DNA of 64,000 nucleotides from Eledone cirrhosa (Eukaryota): positions 203,050,001-203,114,000 of the forward strand of contig OZ024740.1 of NCBI GenBank assembly GCA_964016885.1, read 5' to 3'. The notes under the pieces were generated by a model that searched no databases, was not told where the DNA came from, and was given only the letters and a program-made list of their open reading frames with translations. Shown one piece after another: positions 1 through 15,240 of this stretch. A program made the position numbers and the translations under genes. Every line of letters starts with the position of its first letter. Positions within the stretch are counted from its first letter, which is position 1.

Positions 1-1063
1 ATACCAGGTTATACCACATTTCAAACATTAATACCAGGTTATACCACATTTCTAACATTAATACCAGGTTATACCACATTTCTAACATTAATATCAGGTT
101 ATACCACATTTCTAACATTAATACCAGGTTATACCACATTTCAAACATTAATACCAGGTTATACCACATTTCTAACATTAATACCAGGTTATACCACATT
201 TCAAACATTAATACCAGGTTATACCACATTTTAAACATTAATACCAGGTTATACCACATTTCAAACATTAATACCAGGTTATACCACATTTCAAACATTA
301 ATACCAGGTTATACCGCATTTCAAACATTAATACCAGGTTATACCGCATTTCAAACATTGATACCAGGTTATACCACATTTCAAACATTAATACCAGGTT
401 ATACCACATTTCAAACATTAATACCAGGTTATACCGCATTTCTAACATTGATACCAGGTTATACCACATTTCTAACATCAATACCAGGTTATACCACATT
501 TCAAACATTAATACCAGGTTATACCACATTTCTAACATTAATACCAGGTTATACCACATTTCTAACATTAATACCAGGTTATACCCCATTTCTAACATTA
601 ATACCAGGTTATACCACATTTCAAACATTAATACCAGGTTATACCACATTTCTAACATTAATACCAGGTTATACCACATTTCTAACATTAATACCAGGTT
701 ATACCGCATTTCTAACATTAATACCAGGTTATACCACATTTCTAACATTAATACCAGGTTATACCACATTTCAAACATTAATACCAGGTTATACCACATT
801 TCAAACATTAATACCAGGTTATACCACATTTCAAACATTAATACCAGGTTATACCACATTTCTAACATTAATACCAGGTTATACCACATTTCAAACATTA
901 ATACCAGGTTATACCACATTTCTAACATTAATACCAGGTTATACCACATTTCAAACATTAATACCAGGTTATACCACATTTCTAACATTAATACCAGGTT
1001 ATACCACATTTCAAACATTAATACCAGGTTATACCACATTTCAAACATTAATACCAGGTTATA
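1..1063 (+). repeat. 30-bp minisatellite ATACCAGGTTATACCACATTTC(A/T)AACATTA, 35 full units plus a partial unit, continuing off the left edge
   Basis: Exact 30-bp phase on every line, with only sporadic substitutions and a TCA/TCT dimorphism. Frame 1 reads IPGYTTF(Q/L)TL, with a TAA at 232-234. Confidence 0.98.
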
Positions 1064-1640
1064 CACCCACTCTAGATTCCGAAGATGAACTAAACAACTA
1101 ATTTTATCATTTACTTGACAAAAGAAATACAGGCCAAGCGTTAGTCGACAGGCTGTGATAAGTGGCAATTTTAATGCAAAAGTGGGTCGTGACCATCACT
1201 TATAAAAAGATATTTTTGGACGTCCTACGTAATTTTCATGTAAGAGTAAGGAGAGAGTACCAAAAATGGGACGGTGTATTAAGTCACTTTTGAAAAGGTA
1301 ACCTCACCTCCAATAGACAACTCCTGGAGATATGTAGTGGATATGATTTAGCCGCGACGTACAACTTCTAGCTCCGTAAAATGTGTTTTTTACAGCTAGT
1401 ATTACCTGTGGTCGAAACCATGTAAGCTGTTAGACTATGTACACAACTGGAGGAGCAACATTGCAGACATATGCTATATCCGTGCGTGCTGGCTGTTCCA
1501 CTGATCATGTACTCATATGCAACACATGCAAATTGCCCGTGAAGCTAAAGTGCAAAAATGTTGGCAAAATTGCACCAAAAAGATATTAACCAATGAAAAT
1601 ATCCCGAGTGGTAACAATTTAAAGATGCTGTTTGATAATG
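1042..1640 (+). pseudogene. Degraded non-LTR retrotransposon (RTE-like LINE) AP-endonuclease fragment
   Basis: Piecewise translation gives TLIPGYTPTLDSEDELNN*FY, then ISGNFNAKVGRDH, then SKPCKLLDYV...AGCSTDHVLI. These match the RTE APE motifs (SAYAPT, GDFNAxVG, LIDY, TDH) in order, with stops and frameshifts. Confidence 0.8.
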
Positions 1641-1642
1641 TG

Positions 1643-1668
1643 TATATATAAGGTGTATATATAATGTG

Positions 1669-1756
<88 letters not shown>
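1643..1756. repeat. (TA)n microsatellite
   Basis: Direct reading. Confidence 0.95.
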
Positions 1757-1759
<3 letters not shown>

Positions 1760-2109
1760 CAAGGGTAAATGGTTTATGCTTCGCGATTTATTTGGTAAAA
1801 CATATTTCTAATATGATAATGGAATTAATGGAATATGTATGGAGGAAAATGATTATTATTATCGCCAGGTAAAGTATATTTGAAGTTTTCGTTAAATTTT
1901 AATATGCTACCTCTATAACTCTGTGTTCTTACACTCTACAAATTGTCTCCTGTCAATGTTTGATATGTTTCATATATATATATGTCAACCGACTTTTAAT
2001 TATTAATAAATGCTCGGATTTATTCATTAGAATCTTTGAGCTTTGTCCACAGGTGTTATGGCGTATGTTTGGAATTTTCTCAGACATGACGTCTATATCT
2101 TTGTTTGTA

Positions 2110-2119
2110 TTATATATAC

Positions 2120-2201
<82 letters not shown>
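2110..2201. repeat. (TA)n/(TG)n microsatellite
   Basis: Direct reading. Confidence 0.95.
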
Positions 2202-2202
<1 letters not shown>

Positions 2203-2405
2203 ACCATCACCATCGTCTCTCCATGCCTGCTGGTGATTGATGTTTTGCTACAGTTCGAGTCAGTACACACGTAGAGCTATTGTCCTTCCAGACAGACCAG
2301 AAGCCATGAAACGCTTACATAAATTCTATCTGTAGCATGGTTCCTACGACAGGATAACCTTCCTAACACCAACCACTACACAGAATGTATTGAGTGTATT
2401 TTATT

Positions 2406-2420
2406 GTGGTGGTGGTGGTG

Positions 2421-2489
<69 letters not shown>

Positions 2490-2513
2490 ATGGTGGTGGT
2501 GGTGGTGGTGGTG

Positions 2514-2570
<57 letters not shown>

Positions 2571-2591
2571 ATGGTGGTGGTGGTGGTGGTG

Positions 2592-2640
<49 letters not shown>

Positions 2641-2680
2641 GTAATGGTGGTGGTGGTAGTGGTGGTGGTGGCGGCGGTGG
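2406..2680. repeat. Compound (GGT)n(AGT)n trinucleotide repeat, block repeated about three times
   Basis: Alternating GGT and AGT runs, each AGT run closed by AAT. Confidence 0.95.
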
Positions 2681-2834
2681 ACTTGCTCTGTGTATGCGAG
2701 CACGTTGTTTATGTGTATGAATGTGTGTGTGCAGGTTTGTGTGAGTGAATGCGTGTGTTGTAACCATGCTGGGTTCTTATGTTATTCACCGAATGTTGTG
2801 TTTAGTACCTGTATTACTAGGTTTTCGATGATGT

Positions 2835-2966
2835 TGTCCAACTCGTTAGGACGTTGGGTAAAATGCTTTGCGGAATTCAAGTGATTCCAGCTCTCTGTGG
2901 CCAGGGTTCAAATTTTCTCCTTATGGGATCGATAAATAAAGGGTCAGTTCAAGGCCAGGGTTGATT
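2835..2966 (+). mobile_element. Degenerate octopus-type SINE fragment
   Basis: TCGTTAG..CG..GG..AAATGCTT.GCGG.ATT ... GTTCAAATT ... TCCTTATGGGATCGATAAATAAAG resembles the same SINE family seen at 12586-12681. Family recognised from memory. Confidence 0.55.
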
Positions 2967-2996
2967 TTTCTTCTCTCTATCACTCTCATTCTCTCT

Positions 2997-3490
<494 letters not shown>

Positions 3491-3608
3491 ATATATATAT
3501 ATATATATTTCCAAGAGATGTCAATAAGAATGGACCTGTTATTTTTATCTAAAGACATTTTTTCCAATTCCAACCCGCCCGTCCTTATCTATCTTGTTTC
3601 TCATTCTT

Positions 3609-3644
3609 TCTTCTGATGAAGGATTAGCGTCCGAAACGTTAAGG
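3609..3644 (+). ncRNA. Minimal type I hammerhead ribozyme in a PLE-derived remnant (about 3510-3729)
   Basis: TCTT-CTGATGA-A-GGA ttagcg TCC-GAA-ACGT-T-AAGG. Loopless palindromic stem III (ACGT), typical of PLE hammerheads that work as dimers. Confidence 0.75.
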
Positions 3645-3725
3645 CCCCCTTCCTGCTATTTCAAGCGTTAACCTAATATATTCTTTCCATATACTGTACC
3701 TATTGTGTTATTATTTCTGTTTTCC

Positions 3726-3763
<38 letters not shown>

Positions 3764-3926
3764 ATATATATATGTAATATGTAAGAGTCGAAACTAGCTG
3801 TTGAAACGGCAAGAGCTCAGCCGTCGGGGTCCCGACTCTTTCATATTACCATACTCTACTACCCCAAGTATCGATTACTCTAGTGAATAATGGTCTAAAC
3901 AGGTTTTTTATGTATCTATTTTGAGT

Positions 3927-3929
<3 letters not shown>

Positions 3930-4000
<71 letters not shown>
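3930..4000. repeat. (TA)n(TG)n microsatellite, partly the SINE tail
   Basis: Direct reading. Confidence 0.9.
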
Positions 4001-4003
<3 letters not shown>

Positions 4004-4334
4004 GGTAAAGACCCCCTTCGATCAAGAATGACCATGTGTATCGAATGTTTCACTCCGAGGCACAAGTCCGGGCAAGGTTGCTTTTGGAAGACCAGCAGTC
4101 GCCCATACATACCAGTCTCCCCTCTCCACGCCACTAATGTTGTCCAAGGAAAGGCAATGGCCAATACAGCTTGGCACCAGTGACGTCACAACTCATTTCT
4201 ACAGCTGAGTGAACTGGAGCAATGTGAAATAAAGTGTCTTGCTCAAGGACACAACGCATCACCCAATCCGGGAATCAAACTCACAGCCTCCCGAATGCAA
4301 GCCCAATGCTCTAACTACTAAGCCATGCGCCTTC
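4001..4334 (-). mobile_element. Full-length tRNA-derived SINE (octopus-type, CORE-like centre)
   Basis: Minus strand has A-box TGGCTTAGTAG (4315-4325), B-box GTTTGATTCC (4271-4280), a central TGTGTCCTTGAGCAAGACACTT, and ends in a (CA)n tail. Confidence 0.85.
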
Positions 4335-4596
4335 ACTCTGTTTTTAATATCTATAATGTTTTTATCATTGTCTGGTATCTTTGATTTCAATTAATTATTG
4401 ATTTGATGGTTGATTAATTAATATACAAATCATTATTTATACTTTGCGATTGTATTTCGTTAAATTGAAACGAACGTAGAAATTGATAAAATGTTTTGAA
4501 GTCTTATCTTTTTTCTTACTAAATTATATATATATATATATATATATTGAAAAGATAACAAGGACGATTGGTTACTCCTTCATTACATTTATTGGT

Positions 4597-4683
4597 AGGT
4601 GACGCGCGTTTCGCCACTGATCAGCTCAAGGTTCGATCTGTATCGATCTTACCCGACTCTATAATCGGCAGCTCGATGGACCC
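4597..4683 (-). ncRNA. Hammerhead-like motif with a non-canonical core (CCAUCGA in place of CUGANGA) and a branched stem II
   Basis: Minus strand reads GGGT-CCATCGA-GCTGC...GTGGC-GAA-ACGCGCGT-C-ACCT-accAATAAA. Internal hairpins CCGAT/GTCGG and TCGAT/ATCGA. Confidence 0.5.
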
Positions 4684-5403
4684 TTTAAAATGCTAGTACA
4701 AAATGAACACATGCTATATGATAAAGTCAGAAGTTCATATGTTGGTCAATAAGGTTTGTTTTGATTGGTGGAATATATCATAGGGATGTATTGGCCTGTA
4801 GTGTACGTGGGGGTGGGTGTGATGATAAGATGGTGGTAATGGTCGCAGGCTAAGATGGGCTGTGGTGTGGGGGTGGTGGGTTGTCGGTAGACAGATTGGC
4901 ATGTATTTGTGGCTGATTATTGTGTGTGATATGGGTGTGGTGTTGTGGTTTATGGTAATGGTGTTTATGGTGGTGTGGTGGATGTGTTGGTGGTGTCAAA
5001 TACAATGAGGAGATATATACCTAGACACACTTAGTCTGCCAAAAACGTTGTATACATACACATGCGTATATACACACTGACATATATACACATACACATA
5101 CATACACACACATACATACACATATATATATATACACACATATATATATACACACATGTGTGTGTGTGTGTATATAGAGAGAGGGGGAGTGTCAGTGGGG
5201 ATGGCGTAGTACATAGATAGAGGGAGGGGGAGAGCCAATGGAGATGGCGTTGTACATATAAATATAAATATATATAATGTAGGAGGTGAGTAATATTGTA
5301 GAACAATAAAACTATGCATATATCAAATAAGTAGCACTCAACAGTTGGTAGAACTGGAGTATATATAAAGAAGAAATTAAAAGATGGTTAAAAAAGTTCC
5401 ATA

Positions 5404-5473
5404 TATTTTATTATGCGCATTTCGAAAACAACATCATACTGGGACAAAAATTGTGTTCTCATCAGATAAAATA
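5404..5473 (-). ncRNA. Canonical type I hammerhead ribozyme
   Basis: Minus strand reads TATTTTAT-CTGATGA-GAACACAA(19-nt loop)TTGTTTTC-GAA-ATGCGCAT-A-ATAAAATA. Perfect 8-bp stem I, intact core, palindromic stem III, AUA cleavage triplet. Confidence 0.88.
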
Positions 5474-5697
5474 AGGTAACGTGATATGAGGTCTAAAAAC
5501 ACTTGTCAACAAGAAAGTGTCCAGTCAACATATGACAAAAATATAAGAGAAGAAAAAAAAATAGGAAAAATGAAGAAAAGGAAAGAAGGAAAAAGGAAAA
5601 AGAAATAGAAGAGGAAAAAGAAAGAAAGAAGGAGAGAGAAAGAGAAAGAGAGAGATAGTTTTGATCGGGAACGCTGTCCAAAAATGAATAACAGCTA

Positions 5698-5731
<34 letters not shown>

Positions 5732-5928
5732 AAAATAAAAATAAATATAAAAATAAAAATAAATAAATAAATAAATTGATGAGGTGAATGTGCTAATATA
5801 ACGAATATTAGATGTCTAGACTAGAATATATAAACTGGGGTATATTATTTAATATTGAGTTTGAATACTAAAAATTGGATTAAGAAGTGTTAAAATGTAT
5901 TAATAAAATAAAATAAAATAAAATAAAA

Positions 5929-7446
5929 TACCTCCTGAATATATTAACAGACGAGATCCTCTCCTTGGGCGGTAGATTATACCGTGACGATGCCCTACGC
6001 ATGACCCATGGGGACTCAATAATAGCCAATTAGATAGACTACACAAACGACTTAGGTATATCTTTAAGACCCAAGGAATAGCGGTAGAAATTGAACCTAG
6101 CAGTAGGAGAGTAAACTTTTTAGATGTCACTCTGGAATTAGACAGAGGTCTCTACCGTCCATACCACAAACCTAATGGAAATCTTAAATACGTCAACAGA
6201 CACTCCATCCACCCTAGGAGCATAATTAACTCAATAGTTAAAAGCGTTTCCTATAGAGTGTCCACCATGTCGGCAAATAGAACTATCTTCAACCAGCACG
6301 CGGAATACTACAACTCCGCACTTGAAAAGGCTGGTTACATTGAGAAGATTTCTTACAACGATCCAACTAGAACCGTAACGCCGCCAAACATAATCAGACC
6401 CTTAGAAACGAACATAGACGAGGACACCACATCTAGAACAAATAATAACCTAAGACCCTCCTTAGCCGGCAGGCAGCGTCACACACAACTGTCAAGGAGA
6501 TAAAGCTATACTCTCCAACCCTATAAGGCCTCTGACTATTGCACACGTTTACTTAGTAATAGAGACAAAAGACATAACGCCAATAGATTACTAGGAACCC
6601 CTATGACATATACGCATGACCAAAACGCACCCACACTACCATCTAACCACAAAAACCTCACCAAACACCGTAAAGCCCGAAGTCGACCTGTCACATGGTA
6701 CAACGCCCTGTATTCTATACACGTTGCCACCAATATACCGGGAACCTTCTTCGGGGCTCTTGAACAATCTTTTCCGCACACACATAAATACCACAAGCTC
6801 TTCAATAGACACACTGTAAAATTCTCTTTCTCCACAGCACCAAATCTAGGCCACACAATAGCACACACTAATAGGACAAAAATACGCAAACATATGGTTT
6901 CCCCACAACAAACCACTACCACAACCCAGAACGAAACCACATACACAACACAACAACCCACATGCCAGCTCCACACAGCATACCACCAACCGACAACGTG
7001 CCACCACACCGGTAACACCCAATTGCAACTGCAAAAAACGGGCAGAATGCCCACTAAACGGGCAGTGCCTCGTTAAAAACATTGTTTACCGGTGTGATGT
7101 CACAGCTGGCAATAAGGAGTACTCATACATAGGTGCGACCTCCACTACGTTTAAGGAGCGCTGGTATAACCATAGAAGCTCCCTTAAACATAGGCTGAAA
7201 CGATCCCAAACTAGACTGGCCAATTTGATCTGGGACCTCAAGGACAGGAACATCGAATTCCAGATCATATGGTCAGTCAAAAGACGCGTTGCCCAACTCA
7301 TCAGTGACAGAAACCACTGCAGGTTATGCCTGGCCGAGGCGGCTGAGATAATTAAATTAAAATCTGCCATAAACTATAGGTCGGACATAATTATCAATTG
7401 CAGACACACCAGGTTGAACACCTTTTCTGCACAAACATTCGGCTGA
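5929..7446 (+). pseudogene. 5'-truncated Naiad-type PLE copy A: RT C-terminal half, linker and GIY-YIG endonuclease
   Basis: Motifs LYRDDAL, VNFLDVTL, YRPYHKP, AGY, WYNA, FPHTHKYHKLFNRHTVKFSFS, CNCKKRAECPLNGQCL (CxCx5Cx5C), IVY...YIGATSTTFKERWYNH, CRLCLAE, NCRH. Broken by frameshifts and stops. UTR-like sequence continues to about 8280. Confidence 0.92.
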
Positions 7447-7646
7447 GGGCCGCACACTCACCATGACCCAACATAATATTAACCACCTTTGCCCTGTCTC
7501 ACCGTCTTCATCTCAGTGCATTTGTTTTATAACATATAACCCTTTGTAAGTCCAAATGTTGTATATATCATGCCGCATACATCACCCCCACCAAAAGACA
7601 CATCGCCATACACCCCTCATATTAGTACCATTATGTTCTAACTGTC

Positions 7647-8264
7647 CTCTCTGTCAGGTTTTACCTTGTAATCCACTGTAGCATCCGATCGTGTAAATAT
7701 AATGTCGATCATATCACCCCATCGCCACCACCACCAGCACCACCACCGCACATATCGCTATATGTCTACTATCCCACACCTACAACCTTATTCCCCCATG
7801 TTCCCTCTGTCTGTTTTAACCTACAATCATTCGTTAAATTCGATCCTGTAAATGTACTGTCGCACACACCACCACCGCCACCACTAGATACAACTCCATA
7901 CTTCAACAATCATTAACATCATTAACATCACCAACACATATCACTTCTCCCTCCAGGAACCACAATGTGATATCTGCCCTCTCTGTCAGCTTTACCTTGT
8001 AAACCACCGTAACATCTGATCATGTAAATATATTGTTGAAGATATCACCTCATCGCCACCACCACCACTACCACACACATCGCTATATGTTCACAACCTT
8101 GTTTTCCCCGTGTTCCCTATGTCACTTTTTAACCTGTAACCCATCGTATAATTCGATCCTGTATATTTTTGTCGCTCACAACACCACCACCGCCACCACA
8201 AGGCACATCTCCATACTCTAACAATCATTAACATCATTAACATCGCCAACACATACTTTCCCTC
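7647..8264 (+). repeat. Diverged tandem duplication (~330-bp period) in the 3' UTR of copy A
   Basis: CTCTCTGTCAG.TTTACCTTGTAA ... CATCGCCACCACCACCA ... AACAATCATTAACATCATTAACATC.CCAACACATA occurs at about 7647-7954 and again at about 7979-8264. Confidence 0.85.
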
Positions 8265-8349
8265 TCTAAACAACGTAAGTGTGTGTGTCTGTGTGTAAGT
8301 ATATATAAATGTATATATATATACAGATACTTATAGTGATTTATATGAT

Positions 8350-9914
8350 ATTACTATGGGCTCAATGGATTCCGCCTAGGTTACGGACCTTGTGGGCCTC
8401 TTCCTCTTACATAATTTGAATTCCTCTTTTCCCCACCTCAATGGTAGTCTATATCGCGATGACTGTCTTCTTCTAGCTAATAATCTTAGTCTCTCAGCAA
8501 TTGAGAGAAATAAAAAGCATATTAGGAAATTCCTCAAAAATTACTATAATCTTACGGTTACTTTTGAAAATAGCACTAAAATGATCAATTTCCTCGACAT
8601 CTCTTTAGACATATCAACAGGCACTTACCAACCGTACCACAAACCAAATCAAAACCTCCATTATATACATTCACTATCTAACCACCCTAGTTCCATACTA
8701 AAAAATCTAGTCTACAATATCTCACTCAGACTATCTAAATTATCATCTAGTGAAGAAATATTCTATAAAAATGCACCTTATTATAATGAGGCTTTAATTA
8801 GAAGTGGCTATAACGATAAAATATTTTACATACCTAACACCATGAATACCCCTAGCATACAGCCAACAATAAGCAACAAACACCGTAGAAAACACCAAAA
8901 GGTTAGTGCCAGTAATGAAACACCGAAAAACCTAGATCCTACCATTACTCCCAATATCCACATTAACACGAATGACACAAATTCTCTAAAAATCATCAAT
9001 CCTAACAATTCCGAATATTTCTATAACTTACCTAATAGTATTACTACCAACCGTGCGAAAACACCTAACTCCCCTACTCTTAAAAAAGCAGTTAATAATA
9101 ACAGCTTATATCTTAATTCTCACAATAAACCTAATGATATATCACCTATCTCATTGAACCTTCAACATAACCAAACTACACCCTTGCAATCCAAAAAACT
9201 AGAGAAACATATCCAAACTACCGTATATAACAAGAATTATACCGAAATTCCAGGTCCTATCAACAATGCTCCATTAATAAAACTCACAATATCCTCTACA
9301 AATCAAACAAAAAGCAATAGATAAAAAACTAATACAATTCAAAAATCTACTAAACAATTAGTTCACACCCATAATAACAATCACAATGTTATAATTTCAT
9401 CTGGTAACAATATCTACCCTCAAACTTCTATACATACCCAATATAACAAGAGGAAACCTTTTAGAAACCATAAAAGAAATGTAACATGGTATAACGCTCC
9501 ATTCAACTTGCAAACTATGGGCCAAATCCCTAAAAGATTTTTTACAATTCTCGATAAGCATTTCCCACCTAACCACAAATACCATCAAATCTTAAACAGA
9601 AATACAGTAACATTTTCTTACTCCACATCGAGCAATATACAACAAAAAATAAGTGCATATAACATCTATAAATGTAAAAAAGCTCCATCTATACCACACA
9701 CAATAGCACACCACACACAAAATAACTATGGTAATACTACAACGCATAACCAGAATATTACTGTATACCCACCTGATAGATCCGCTCACTCACCTCACCA
9801 GCACAATATAGCAGACTACAACCAACTACCATCTTCCTCATCCTTACCAATAAATCACCTACCAATAAATGCAATGAAGGAGTAACCAATCGTCCTTGTT
9901 ATCTTTTCAATATA
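8350..9914 (+). pseudogene. 5'-truncated Naiad-type PLE copy B, lacking the endonuclease and fused to a 3' tail
   Basis: Motifs ITMGSMDSA*VTDLVGL, LYRDDCL, INFLDISL, YQPYHKP, SNHP, SGY, WYNAPF, DKHFPPNHKYHQILNRNTVTFSYS. In-frame TAA at 9322. No CxC or GIY-YIG before the tail at 9855-9914. Confidence 0.9.
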
Positions 9915-10007
9915 ATACACTCTGTATAGCTCTACACCTTGACACAGCAGTGAACCTAAACATCGAGTGCTCACCCGGGTGAACCTACAGTAACTCCAAG
10001 TTACACT

Positions 10008-12518
<2,511 letters not shown>

Positions 12519-12585
12519 CTGATATATTCCATTACTTATTTTTTAGTTTAGGTTCTTTTTGTTTACCACCATTATTATCATCATT

Positions 12586-12681
12586 CCGAGGTTAACTTTG
12601 CCTTTCATCCTTATGGGGTTGATAAAATAAAGTACCAGTAATACACTGGGTAATTGCTGGCCTTGTGCCAAAACTAGAAAC
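12586..12681 (+). mobile_element. 5'-truncated octopus-type SINE nested in the UTR of copy C
   Basis: CCGAGGTTAACTTTGCCTTTCATCCTTATGGGGTTGATAAAATAAAGTACCAGT...GGCCTTGTGCCAAAA.TAGAAAC, flanked by CATTATTATCAT-like direct repeats (target duplication or tail). Confidence 0.75.
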
Positions 12682-14348
12682 AATTATCATCATTATTATC
12701 ATTGGTTTTTGACAACTCTTTATTCTAGCTCTCATAATCTTTTGGCTACTATACCATATCTATCTTCTTACGCATTAAATTTTCACTATTAACACCTTAT
12801 GAGTATATATCTGATTATATATTTTACATTATTTTATTTTATTTCATTTTATTTTATTTTATTTTATTTTATTTTATTTGGATTATACTTTGAATAACCC
12901 CCCCCCCTCCCCATGCGTACATAAACTTATTGTCAACCCCTTCAAATAGATAATGATTATATTTAACCCCCCCCCCTCTTTTACGCTCCTTTCTATTATT
13001 TAATATAGTATATTGACTGATTTTATGCTCCTTTGTATCCTCCATACATTTCTTTTTTTCTGTCCCTATTAGCCTACCATAATTCTGCTTAGGTCAGTTT
13101 TTTAGATATCGTTATGTAAATGATAGTAGAAAATTTCATTCCTTTATATATATATTTGTAGTGAAATATTAACGTTTATAAATTTTGATTACTTAAACCA
13201 TAGCTAATATTGTATTGCCTTATTAGATGTTTTAAATATTTTTAATATTAATTTATCAAATAGGGTTTTCGAGTCATTTACCGGGGTTGTTTCCTAAGTT
13301 TTTACTTAACTGCATGTGAGACTTAAGTATATACTTTTGTTTTTGTTTTTTAATTTCCGGTTGATTCTATTTATTTATTTATTTATTTATTAATACTACT
13401 GTGCATTCTATTTACTGTCTGGCCCTTACTCACTCATCCACATATATGTCTGTTTACCAACCTTGTAATTATAAGTAATTATATATTATATTATGTTAAT
13501 TATTTTATATTGTATTTGTTATTGTACTATCGATCCTTATTACTTACCGTTGATTATATGTACCATTAGGAGATGTTAAATTTTATATATCATGTAAGAG
13601 GTTTATATTTTTGTACCATCATAATTTTGGGTATTGTACAATTTATATTTTTTTCTCACCTACTCTGTAACTCTATATGAATTGATTTGTTAACTTGCAT
13701 GCCATTATATGTTATATATTATATATGTTATTATATTATTATTATAGTATTATTGTGACATCTATATTGTTTGTGTAAATTAACCGGAGATTATCTATCT
13801 ATTATATTATATTAAATGGTATATAATTGTATAGTTTATTGTATATTATATGTGCTGCTTATAATCATATCATATTATTACCTCATGTATATTAGATATA
13901 CGTATTATTATTATTATTATTATTTTTATTCCTATCATGCTTATTTATATTTAAACTCTTAATAAGGTTTAATTTGTGCTGTTGAAGATGGATATGTGTA
14001 TTGATGTATGTGTATATGTGCGTACGTGTGCGTACATATATACATATGTATATTGTACCTTTTAATTTTTATTGTAATTTTAATATTGGTAAAAGTATAT
14101 TATATTATATTATATAGTATTATATATAATTCCCGCTTTATATAACCACCTTTGTTTAGCTCTAGGTTTTTTGCTTTGGACTATATTTGTAATATGGTTC
14201 TAAATGTTATACACCTCCTTAGTGATTTTTATTATATATTTTTATTATATATTTTTACCCATAATCTTGCAATACTTTAGTGTATGTACACTCCATATTC
14301 TTCGGAGTTTTCGGCTTGTATTGGCCGATAATACTTCTTGTTGTTTTA

Positions 14349-14393
14349 ATTGCCCTGATGAGTCCTTAATAGGACGAAACATTGTTGGCTAAT
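14349..14393 (+). ncRNA. Canonical type I hammerhead ribozyme at the 3' end of copy C
   Basis: ATTGCC-CTGATGA-GTCCT taat AGGAC-GAA-ACAtTGT-T-GGC(t)AAT. Intact core, 5-bp stem II, GUU triplet, overlapping AATAAA. Confidence 0.92.
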
Positions 14394-14434
14394 AAAGACT
14401 TTTGATGTATTGAAGGCTTCTTTGTTTTACTTTC

Positions 14435-14569
<135 letters not shown>

Positions 14570-14830
14570 GTGTGTGTGATATTGGTGAATAATAGTTGAA
14601 TAAATAGGTAAACTACTCCAGGAGACGGAAAAGGTGGAATGAGACGTCTACAGGAATCCCGTATACCTTCACACTCTCAGAATAAAAAGGTAATATTTGA
14701 AGCTCTAGTTAAACTTTAATTAGTTACCTACATAACTATGTGTGATTACACACTTTATCTCTTACAAATTATCCCCTGTGATTGTTTCATGTGTTTATTT
14801 TAAATATATGTATGTCAATCAATTTGTAGT

Positions 14831-15181
<351 letters not shown>

Positions 15182-15240
15182 ATCTGCGTTATCAATTATG
15201 GAAAGACACGGTAAGGGTGTGTGACTGCAAAGATGAAATA

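Larger units (their letters stand above)
4547..5930 (-). mobile_element. PLE 3' UTR/terminus on the minus strand (possibly two joined remnants), head-to-head with the Naiad copy at 5929
   Basis: Two hammerhead-type motifs, AATAAA, and a terminus at (TA)n. The terminal 56 nt (4547-4602) match 9855-9910 in inverted orientation with one mismatch. The (TTTTA)n tract resembles the UTR of the 10193-14437 element. Confidence 0.65.

Noticed and set aside
358-1101. 247-aa IPGYTTFQTL repeat protein
   Set aside because: It is a minisatellite within a dead LINE. The start is a TTG variant, there is an in-frame stop upstream, and the LINE sequence downstream is pseudogenised.
7275-7310. Antisense CTGATGA-GTTGGGC-AACGCGTC resembling a hammerhead
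   Set aside because: It lacks the GAAA core and a proper stem II, and lies antisense within the endonuclease coding region.
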